Below are positions 57,192 to 64,000 of a DNA stretch of 64,000 nucleotides, in pieces (the stretch's first letter is position 1; every line of letters starts with the position of its first letter). The DNA is from Acidobacteriota bacterium (GTDB taxonomy: Bacteria; Acidobacteriota; UBA890; WLXD01). Under the pieces are notes generated by a model, which had not been told where the DNA came from, ran no database searches, and saw only the letters and a list, made by a program, of their open reading frames with translations. The stretch spans positions 4,096,001 to 4,160,000 of the forward strand of contig CBDFKD010000002.1 in assembly GCA_965248695.1 (NCBI GenBank), written 5' to 3'. The position numbers and the translations under genes are program-made.

Positions 57192-59549
57192 GTGAGCCCC
57201 TCCGATTGTTGCCGGCAGGTTCCCGTGACTCTGAATATCTCCTCGCGCACGCCTTGCACGGTTTTCCAGCGCCTGGCGAACCTTGTCGTGATTGCAGCCC
57301 TGTCCTCGGCGGCTCAGGTTCACGCCCAGGCGCCGCCCAAGCCTGCGGAGGGGCTGATCGGGCTCGCCGGCGTCCGCGTCGCGGACCGCGATCGGTGGGA
57401 CGAGCTCGCTGTCACGGAAGCCGATCGCCAGCACCAGGTAGTGGCGGTGCGGGCCGCGGAGCCACCCGACATCGACGGCGCCGTCGATGATGCGGTCTGG
57501 TCTGACGCGACGCCGCTCACGATGTTCGTGCAATCGCAGCCCGACGAGGGAGCCGAGGCTACCGAGCGTACGGAGGTTCGTATCCTGTACGACACCGACG
57601 CCATCTATATCAGCGCGCATATGTGGGACTCGAACCCCGGCGCGGCGGTCTCGTCGGTGCTACGACGTGACGAGACGCACAACAACAACGACGCCTTCGC
57701 GGTCACCCTGGACACGTACCACGATCACCGCAACGGCTACTTCTTCGAAACCAACGCCCTGGGTGCCCGTTTCGACGCGCAGATCATCGGTGAGGGTGGA
57801 ACGGCCCGGCAGGGATTCGGAGCCACCTTCAACGCCGACTGGGACGCCGTCTGGCGCTCAGCTGGTCAGATCCACGCCGACGGATGGTCGGTGGAGATCG
57901 CCATCCCGTTCTGGGTACTGCGCTTTGATCGCACCAGCATGGACGCCTGGGGAATCAACTTCCGTCGCACGCTGAAGCGTAACGCCGAGCAGGACTTCTG
58001 GGCGCCGATTCCACGTCAGTTCAATGCCACACGCCTATCACTGTCGGGGATGCTGGTGGGGATGCAATCGGTCGCGCGGCCGCGCAACCTGCAGCTGAAG
58101 CCCTTCGGTCTGGGCGACATCGGACAGGTTCCCGGGGGTCCCGACGCAGCCCCGTACGCGCGCCACGACACGCGCTCGTCCGCCGACCTGGGCGGGGACA
58201 TCAAGTGGATCATGAGCCCCAACCTGACCTTCGACGGCACGGTCAACACAGACTTCGCTCAGGTCGAGGCCGACGACGTCCAGGTCAACCTGACCCGCTT
58301 CCCGCTGTTCTTTCCCGAGAAACGCGAGTTCTTCCTCGAGAACGCCGGCCTGTTCCAGTTCGGCAGCAGCAGCGGTCGGGACGGACCGCGGGTCATCGGT
58401 TTCCATTCACGCGGCATCGGCATCTTTCAGGGGGGCGAGGTCCCGATCCTCGCTGGGGCGCGGCTTACCGGAAAGGCCGGCGGCTGGAATATCGGCGCCG
58501 TGAACATGCAGACGGGCGCTGTCGACGGGCTCGGTCTGGGCTCCCAGAACCACGGCGTGCTTCGCGTTCGGCGTGAGCTCGGCAACCGCTCGAACGTCGG
58601 CTTGCTGTTCACCAACCAACAGGAGAGCGGCTCGCGATACAACCGCTCACTGGGCGTCGACGGACGCTGGGCGATCGGCGGCGCTACCATCGATGGATGG
58701 TGGATGAAGACGGACGGTCCGGAGGCTGCCGAGGGCTCGGATTCGGCCGGTGCCGTCAGGTTCGACTGGGCCAACTCGAGGTTCTCGGTCAACGGCTCGG
58801 CCATGGACGTTGGCGAGGCCTTTGACCCCGGGCTCGGATTCGTCAACCGAGTTGGCCTGCGCGCCTATACCAGCACTGTAATGTGGACACCCTTCTTTCC
58901 CGAGTCGCCGGCAGTGCGCAACCTGGCGCCGCACGTTTCGATGTCGTATGTCACCGACCGTCAGAACCGCCTGCTGACCCGGCGTGAGCACTATGATTTC
59001 GACTTGTTTCTGCGCCGCGGTGACAAGCTCAGCATCGAGAATAACCGCCGGTTCGAGCTGCTCGACCTGCCATTCGAGATCGTGCCAGGGGTGATCATCC
59101 CGCCGGGCGAGTATCAGTTCGACGCCATCAAGCTCGAGGCACAGTCCGATCGAAGTCGACCGGTCTGGGGGCTGGTCTGGCTCGATATCGGCGATTTCTT
59201 TGATGGCAAGCAGAAGGTCTGGCGTTTTCAGGCTGGGCTGCGGGCCGGAGCCAGGTTCGCAGCTTCGCTGCAGCTGGACCGCAACGACATCGATCTACCC
59301 GGCGGCGACTTCGTGGCCGATATCTGGCGTGCCCGACTTGCTTACGATTTCAACACCCGGCTCTTCCTGTCCGGTCTGTTCCAGTACGACAACATCTCCA
59401 ATCAGTTTCTCAGCAACGTACGGCTGAACTTCATCCACACGCCGGGCGCCGACCTGTTCCTGGTCTACAACGAGCGTCGCCTCACCGAGGACCCGACGCT
59501 GATCGATCGATCGATCATCCTCAAGATCACCCAGCTGTTCCGGCTTTAG
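57192..59549 (+). CDS. CBM9-like / DUF5916 outer-membrane protein
   Basis: IDGAVDD, TEVRILYD, WDAVW, GWSVEIAIPF, NTDFAQVEAD, RFPLFFPEKREFFLEN; beta-strand C-terminus; exact start uncertain. Confidence 0.85.
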   Translation: MSPSDCCRQVPVTLNISSRTPCTVFQRLANLVVIAALSSAAQVHAQAPPKPAEGLIGLAGVRVADRDRWDELAVTEADRQHQVVAVRAAEPPDIDGAVDDAVWSDATPLTMFVQSQPDEGAEATERTEVRILYDTDAIYISAHMWDSNPGAAVSSVLRRDETHNNNDAFAVTLDTYHDHRNGYFFETNALGARFDAQIIGEGGTARQGFGATFNADWDAVWRSAGQIHADGWSVEIAIPFWVLRFDRTSMDAWGINFRRTLKRNAEQDFWAPIPRQFNATRLSLSGMLVGMQSVARPRNLQLKPFGLGDIGQVPGGPDAAPYARHDTRSSADLGGDIKWIMSPNLTFDGTVNTDFAQVEADDVQVNLTRFPLFFPEKREFFLENAGLFQFGSSSGRDGPRVIGFHSRGIGIFQGGEVPILAGARLTGKAGGWNIGAVNMQTGAVDGLGLGSQNHGVLRVRRELGNRSNVGLLFTNQQESGSRYNRSLGVDGRWAIGGATIDGWWMKTDGPEAAEGSDSAGAVRFDWANSRFSVNGSAMDVGEAFDPGLGFVNRVGLRAYTSTVMWTPFFPESPAVRNLAPHVSMSYVTDRQNRLLTRREHYDFDLFLRRGDKLSIENNRRFELLDLPFEIVPGVIIPPGEYQFDAIKLEAQSDRSRPVWGLVWLDIGDFFDGKQKVWRFQAGLRAGARFAASLQLDRNDIDLPGGDFVADIWRARLAYDFNTRLFLSGLFQYDNISNQFLSNVRLNFIHTPGADLFLVYNERRLTEDPTLIDRSIILKITQLFRL

Positions 59550-59576
59550 GGCGACCACCAGGCGTATGTCAGGGCG

Positions 59577-60512
59577 CTACTGCGGCTGGCGTATGACCGG
59601 CTCGTTCAGCCGCAGGCCGACGTCTTGCTCGGCGGCGTGCCCCTGCAGGTCGTAGAACGACGGGGGCGGCAGCGACATCAGCGACAGCTGAACGCGTGCT
59701 GGCGCGTTGATGTCGATCGGGATCTCGATGCCGCTAACCGGCACCTCGACGACGTGCTGCTCCTGTCGATCGCCGGCGCGGATGTGAATGTGCAGCGTGC
59801 CGGGCTCCGGCAGCGGCCGGCCGTACGCGCGGATCTGGCTTGTTCGAAGGACGGCGCCCGGCAGAACATCGAGATCGAAGTTGATCCCGGACAGGTAGGG
59901 GAGAATGAGGCCGCGGTTGCGGCTCGGCCGTTCCAGACGTGGCAGCGCCGTTACGGTGGCATCGAAGAACCGCACTTCGTCGAAGGCGAATCGCAGCGCC
60001 GCGCCCTGCGACGCCCCGTCGCCAGGCGGCCGATCGAAGCCGAAGGTGAGGTGATTGGCGCCGGTTCGCAGGAAGCGCTCCGGCAGCGGTACCGTGTAGT
60101 CATCCCAGCCTGCCACTACCTCGACCGCCTCCGCCAACGTCACGCCGTTGAGTCGGAGGTGGATCTTCGACACCCCGGGGTCCCCCTCCTGCACGTTCGG
60201 GCGGCCGCGGAATCGGACGCGCTGCACGGGCGATTCGATCTGGAAGAACCTCAGCGATGCGTGTGTTCCACGAGCCCACACGAAGGTCTCATCCTCACGC
60301 TGCGCCCAGCGCTCGTCGACCGGCGACCAGCCATCGACCAGGTGGCGACGTGCAGCGCTGTGTCCGAGGTCGATCGCGCTCGTCTCGACGAAGATCTCGG
60401 AGCTCTCGAACAGGGCTGTCAGATCAATAGCACGCTCGTCGGTGCAGGAGACCGACAGCAGCAAGCCGCAACCTATGACGGCATGCCGGTAGCACGTAGG
60501 GCTTCGCAGCAT
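59577..60512 (-). CDS. Hypothetical lipoprotein
   Basis: Lipobox SVSC; LVDGWS..FVWA beta-sandwich-like segment. Confidence 0.6.
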   Translation of the reverse strand: MLRSPTCYRHAVIGCGLLLSVSCTDERAIDLTALFESSEIFVETSAIDLGHSAARRHLVDGWSPVDERWAQREDETFVWARGTHASLRFFQIESPVQRVRFRGRPNVQEGDPGVSKIHLRLNGVTLAEAVEVVAGWDDYTVPLPERFLRTGANHLTFGFDRPPGDGASQGAALRFAFDEVRFFDATVTALPRLERPSRNRGLILPYLSGINFDLDVLPGAVLRTSQIRAYGRPLPEPGTLHIHIRAGDRQEQHVVEVPVSGIEIPIDINAPARVQLSLMSLPPPSFYDLQGHAAEQDVGLRLNEPVIRQPQ

Positions 60513-60667
60513 GCGACATCGTAGCCACGCCCCAGGGTTGGGCGCAATTCCGTCGTCCGAGTCGGCTCAGGGCGCCGAGGCGCTGGCGGCCAAACGCGGA
60601 AGCGCCCCGAAGTCCCCCCCGGGGCGCCAACGAGCCTCAGCCGCTGAGACCGACGATGAAGAGCCAA

Positions 60668-61189
60668 TCACCACATGCGGATGCGGATTTCTTCGTCTGA
60701 GTCGATCACGTGCACCAGCTCGCCGCTCGGCGCTGCCTTGAGCGCTCCGATCAGACGGCTGGTGCGAAGCGTCTGGGTGTCGGTGTCATACGCGTCGACC
60801 ATCGCCGCGAGCGACGCAAGCGGCACGGACACTCGCACCATCTCGTCGCGCCGCTCGTCGACCTCGACACGCAGCACGTCGCCGCGCTTGAAGATCTTGA
60901 CGTGATCGTCGCCGTCCTCCACCTCGACGAGCAGTGCGTCCGGAACCTCTCGCAGCTCCTGCACAATGCGGTCGAAGTACGGTAGGAACTCGGCGATTTC
61001 GGGCACGTGAATGTACTTGGCCTCGTCGGGCGCGAACACCAGCACGACCTGCGCGAGCGACAGCGGCACCGGGACGACAATCCGCACGTCGTCGGTATCG
61101 ATGTCAACCAACATGATCGACGAGTTCATCACGACTCCGCCCACCATCAACATGGGCAGCATCGTCAAAGCGGCGAGCTTGATCAGCAT
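60668..61189 (-). CDS. Hypothetical exported/membrane-anchored protein
   Basis: N-terminal hydrophobic helix; internal repeat IVVPVPLSL / VRVSVPLA. Confidence 0.7.
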   Translation of the reverse strand: MLIKLAALTMLPMLMVGGVVMNSSIMLVDIDTDDVRIVVPVPLSLAQVVLVFAPDEAKYIHVPEIAEFLPYFDRIVQELREVPDALLVEVEDGDDHVKIFKRGDVLRVEVDERRDEMVRVSVPLASLAAMVDAYDTDTQTLRTSRLIGALKAAPSGELVHVIDSDEEIRIRMW

Positions 61190-61243
61190 GGTCTAGCAGT
61201 CCGTGGTGGAAGTGTGGTGGGTCTGGTTACGGCGAGTTGGGGC

Positions 61244-61801
61244 CTAGCCCTGTGGATTGGTGTCGATCCAGATGTTGACGTTCGTGTCGCCGTCCTGCAC
61301 CTGGAGGATCTGGCCGTCATTGGCGGTCGCCATCTCGCGCAGCGCGCCGACCAGGTTGAGCTCGTCACCCTCGCCCTCGAAGAGCACGTCGACGACCGAG
61401 AACGGCACCTGCAGACGTACTTTCTCGTCGCCGTCCTCGTCGACTTCGATATGGACGGCGTTACCCTGCCGGTAGATGCGAACGTGCTTATCCTCGTCGT
61501 CGATGCTGACATACTCGGCGTCGCCGGCCAAGCGAAGCTCGTCCCACATACGCCGCAAGTCGGCAAGCTCCAGATCGTGATGGCGACCGAAGTCGATGCC
61601 GTGTTCGCCATCGAAGATCTGGTTCTGGGCCACGTCCATCGCCACTTCCACCAGGGACATCGGCAGGTTGACGTTGACCTTGGCGCCGTCGGTCTCGTTG
61701 ACGCGAATGTGGATCCAGGAGCTCTCCTGGGCCTCTACGACTACAGCCGAGCCGGTCAGCACCAGGGCTGTTGCGGCCAGCGCGATAAATCTACGGTTCA
61801 T
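61244..61801 (-). CDS. Hypothetical secreted protein, paralog-like to its neighbour
   Basis: Signal peptide (VEA|QE); repeats KVNVNLPMSLV / KVRLQVPFSVV. Confidence 0.72.
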   Translation of the reverse strand: MNRRFIALAATALVLTGSAVVVEAQESSWIHIRVNETDGAKVNVNLPMSLVEVAMDVAQNQIFDGEHGIDFGRHHDLELADLRRMWDELRLAGDAEYVSIDDEDKHVRIYRQGNAVHIEVDEDGDEKVRLQVPFSVVDVLFEGEGDELNLVGALREMATANDGQILQVQDGDTNVNIWIDTNPQG

Positions 61802-61852
61802 TGCCGTCTCCTGTCGGCTACGTGGAAGCTCGATGTCGCCCTAGCAGGTTCC

Positions 61853-61878
61853 TACGGCGCTGTTGGCCGTCGGTTTCA
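61853..61878 (-). promoter_or_regulatory. SigW-type ECF promoter
   Basis: Minus strand TGAAAC-N16-CGTA. Confidence 0.55.
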
Positions 61879-61931
61879 CTGGGTAACCCTAATCTAGTGA
61901 CGAGTGGCGCCACACTTTGGTTTCACGTGCC

Positions 61932-61956
61932 TAACCAGGTTTGCCGTAGCCCCGTC
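61932..61956 (+). promoter_or_regulatory. ECF-type promoter of the sigma gene
   Basis: TAACC-N16-CGTC ending 11 nt before the ATG. Confidence 0.5.
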
Positions 61957-61967
61957 CAAGAGAGCAG

Positions 61968-62540
61968 ATGAGCCAGACCGACCCGAAGATCGTCGCCCGC
62001 GCCAGAGCGGGCGAGGAGGAAGCGTTCAGGATGCTCGTGGAGCTGCACAGCCGAAGTGTCTTTCGCCTCGCGTACCGGCTGACCGGCAACGAAAGCGACG
62101 CCGAGGAGGCCGTGCAGGAGACGTTTCTACGTGTCTTCCGCCGCCTGGGCACCTTCCAGGAGAACGCAAGGTTCGAGACCTGGTTGTATCGCGTCGCATC
62201 CAACGCCTCGATGGACGTTATCCGTCGTCGCCAGCGGCATCACACCCGCCAGGCGCCGCTGGAGACGGAGCAGGGCGATCCGCGGCCGCTCGAAGCGCCG
62301 ACGCCGGCGCCCGATCGTGTCGCCGTGGCGGGCCAGATCGGCGATCGGGTTGCCGCGGCGCTCGACTGCCTCACGCCGGGAGAGCGCGCCGCCTTCACTT
62401 TGCGGCATCTGCAGGGGTTTTCGATCAACGAGATCGGCGAGGCCCTCGGTCTCCGATCCAACGCGGTCAAGAACGCCATCTTCCGGGCGGTGAGCAAGAT
62501 GCGACGCGAGCTGGCGCCGTTTGCCGGGTCGATGCGATGA
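61968..62540 (+). CDS. ECF sigma factor
   Basis: GEEEAFRMLV, DAEEAVQETF, FETWLYRVA, EIGEALG..KNAIFRA. Confidence 0.92.
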   Translation: MSQTDPKIVARARAGEEEAFRMLVELHSRSVFRLAYRLTGNESDAEEAVQETFLRVFRRLGTFQENARFETWLYRVASNASMDVIRRRQRHHTRQAPLETEQGDPRPLEAPTPAPDRVAVAGQIGDRVAAALDCLTPGERAAFTLRHLQGFSINEIGEALGLRSNAVKNAIFRAVSKMRRELAPFAGSMR

Positions 62541-63310
62541 AGCACCTGAGCGAGCACGAGTTGGTGATGGGGTTGCTGGGAGAGGCCGCGGAGCGAGATC
62601 GGGCCGCGCGGCACGTGGCGGAGTGCACGCCGTGTCGCGAGCAGCTGGAGGAGATTCGAGCCTCGCTCGATGCGACCAGCCAGACACCGGTTCCGGAGCC
62701 TGACGCCGGTTTCGAGCAGCGCATCTGGCGGCATCAGCGCAGTCATCTGAACGATGTGCTGGTGACGCCGCCACCAACCTCGGAATCAACCGGCGGGCTT
62801 GTCACCGCATTGTGGTCAGCGAGGCGACTGGCGTTGGGCGGGGCGCTGGCTGCCAGCCTGGTTCTCGCGTTCGTTGCCGGGCTCTACACTCCGCCCCCCG
62901 GCATGGACATCGTTCCACGTGGGTCGGCAGCTGGCGGCAACGCAGATCGGCTGTTGTTGGTTGCGGTGGGCGGGCATCTCGAGAGCGCTCGGGTGGTGCT
63001 CATCGAGCTCGCCAACGACGAGACGATGGGCGGCACTCACAGCACGCGCGCCGAACATCTGCTCGGAGACAACCGGCTGTATCGACAGACAGCCACCCTC
63101 AATGGCCAGACGGCGCTGGCCGAGGTGCTCGAAGAGCTCGAACGGGTCCTCCTCGAGGTAGCCCGAAGCCCGCGCTCGCCGGCGGAGGATCTCGAGTGGT
63201 TGCGAGATCGTATCGAGGCGCGCGATCTGCTTTTCCGAGTCAGTGTGATCGAACGACAGGCCCGAAAGGCCTTCGACAAAGCCCCCCGGGGCGTTCGAAG
63301 CAACTTATGA
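62537..63310 (+). CDS. Zinc-finger (HxxxCxxC) anti-sigma factor
   Basis: MKHLS..HVAECTPC, TM helix, C-terminal helical domain NRLYRQ..LEELERVLLE. Confidence 0.82.
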   Translation: MKHLSEHELVMGLLGEAAERDRAARHVAECTPCREQLEEIRASLDATSQTPVPEPDAGFEQRIWRHQRSHLNDVLVTPPPTSESTGGLVTALWSARRLALGGALAASLVLAFVAGLYTPPPGMDIVPRGSAAGGNADRLLLVAVGGHLESARVVLIELANDETMGGTHSTRAEHLLGDNRLYRQTATLNGQTALAEVLEELERVLLEVARSPRSPAEDLEWLRDRIEARDLLFRVSVIERQARKAFDKAPRGVRSNL

Positions 63311-63320
63311 GGAGCCAAAG

Positions 63321-64000
63321 ATGAAGATGACGATGACGATGCACGCGGCATTGCTCTTGCTGGTCCTGGCGCTGGCCACCCCGGCGGGGGCACAGCCTGC
63401 CGCTCCGGTCCAGACGACATCTGTCGATGGCGAGCGCGCTGCACCGCAGGACGATCCGATCTACGAGCGCGCCACCGAGGCGCTCGACGGGGAGCGTTAC
63501 GAGGAGGCCATCGAGCTCTACGGCGCGGTCGTCGAACAGGGCGGCGCCCGTGTCGATGCGGCCCTGTACTGGATCGCCTACGCCCAGTCCAAGGCGGGCC
63601 GGGCGACGGTTGCCCTCGAGACCATCGCGCGATTGCGGGCCATGCATCCGCAAAGCCGCTGGATCAACGACGCCGGCTACCTGGAGGCGGAAGTGCGCGG
63701 CGCCGCCGGCCAGGCGCCGAGTGCGGAGACGGTCGCCGATGAAGAGATGCGGCTCTACGCGCTGAACTCGTTGATGCACGCCGATAGCGCCCGTGCGCTG
63801 CCTCTGCTACGGGGCATTCTCCAGGGTGACGAGGCCCACGAGATGAAGGCCCGTGCGCTGTTCGTGCTCATGCAATCGGACGACGACGCTGCCTTCGATA
63901 TCGTCGCGCAGCTGGCGCGCGAGGATTCCGACCCGAAGCTGCGTCTGCAAGCACTTCGCAACCTGGGGATGCACGGCGGTGCCAGAGCCGGGGAGCTGAT
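63321..64000 (+). CDS. Secreted TPR + HEAT-repeat protein (runs off window end)
   Basis: Read from sequence: signal peptide, DAALYWIAYAQ, HPQSRW, ALNSLMH, KARALFVL, ALRNLG. Confidence 0.8.
   Translation, partial: MKMTMTMHAALLLLVLALATPAGAQPAAPVQTTSVDGERAAPQDDPIYERATEALDGERYEEAIELYGAVVEQGGARVDAALYWIAYAQSKAGRATVALETIARLRAMHPQSRWINDAGYLEAEVRGAAGQAPSAETVADEEMRLYALNSLMHADSARALPLLRGILQGDEAHEMKARALFVLMQSDDDAAFDIVAQLAREDSDPKLRLQALRNLGMHGGARAGEL

Noticed and set aside
1-64000. CRISPR array, cas genes, rRNA or recognisable anti-phage defence genes
   Set aside because: No regularly spaced repeats or diagnostic motifs seen

Overview
High-GC bacterial chromosomal window. The gene families (ECF sigma/anti-sigma/HEAT modules, DUF4097, DUF5916, MoxR-DUF58-vWA) suggest Acidobacteriota or a similar lineage; this is inference only. 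The first ~17 kb is a decayed accessory region. It holds two identical IS3-family copies, two different IS256-family elements, a 33-bp IS3 end-to-end hairpin footprint, and three tRNA-Leu(CAA) 3' fragments (one with attP-like arm repeats and IHF boxes). It also holds the remains of an integron: an intI C-terminal fragment in the same orientation as a cassette bounded by complementary GTTAGGCCG/CGGCCTAAC cores. Several genes there are interrupted or deleted. The remaining ~47 kb is core-like: SigK-RskA-DUF4331-TPR, a sulfatase-fold enzyme, a broken HMG-CoA synthase, a MoxR/DUF58/BatA/vWA operon, an ECF/anti-sigma/DUF4097 module, a 208-bp MITE, a Ycf46-like AAA ATPase, LutC plus a LutB-CCG fusion, an Aas-like acyltransferase, a sigma54-controlled OmpA lipoprotein with its two-component system, a near-complete purine catabolism cluster (puuD, xanthine dehydrogenase, uraH, uraD, alc, allB) containing an uncharacterised malate-synthase/CitE-fold gene, a DUF5916 protein, and a final ECF/anti-sigma/HEAT module. 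Several +1/+2 insertions in C/G runs may be sequencing errors. No CRISPR array, rRNA or intact tRNA was seen.
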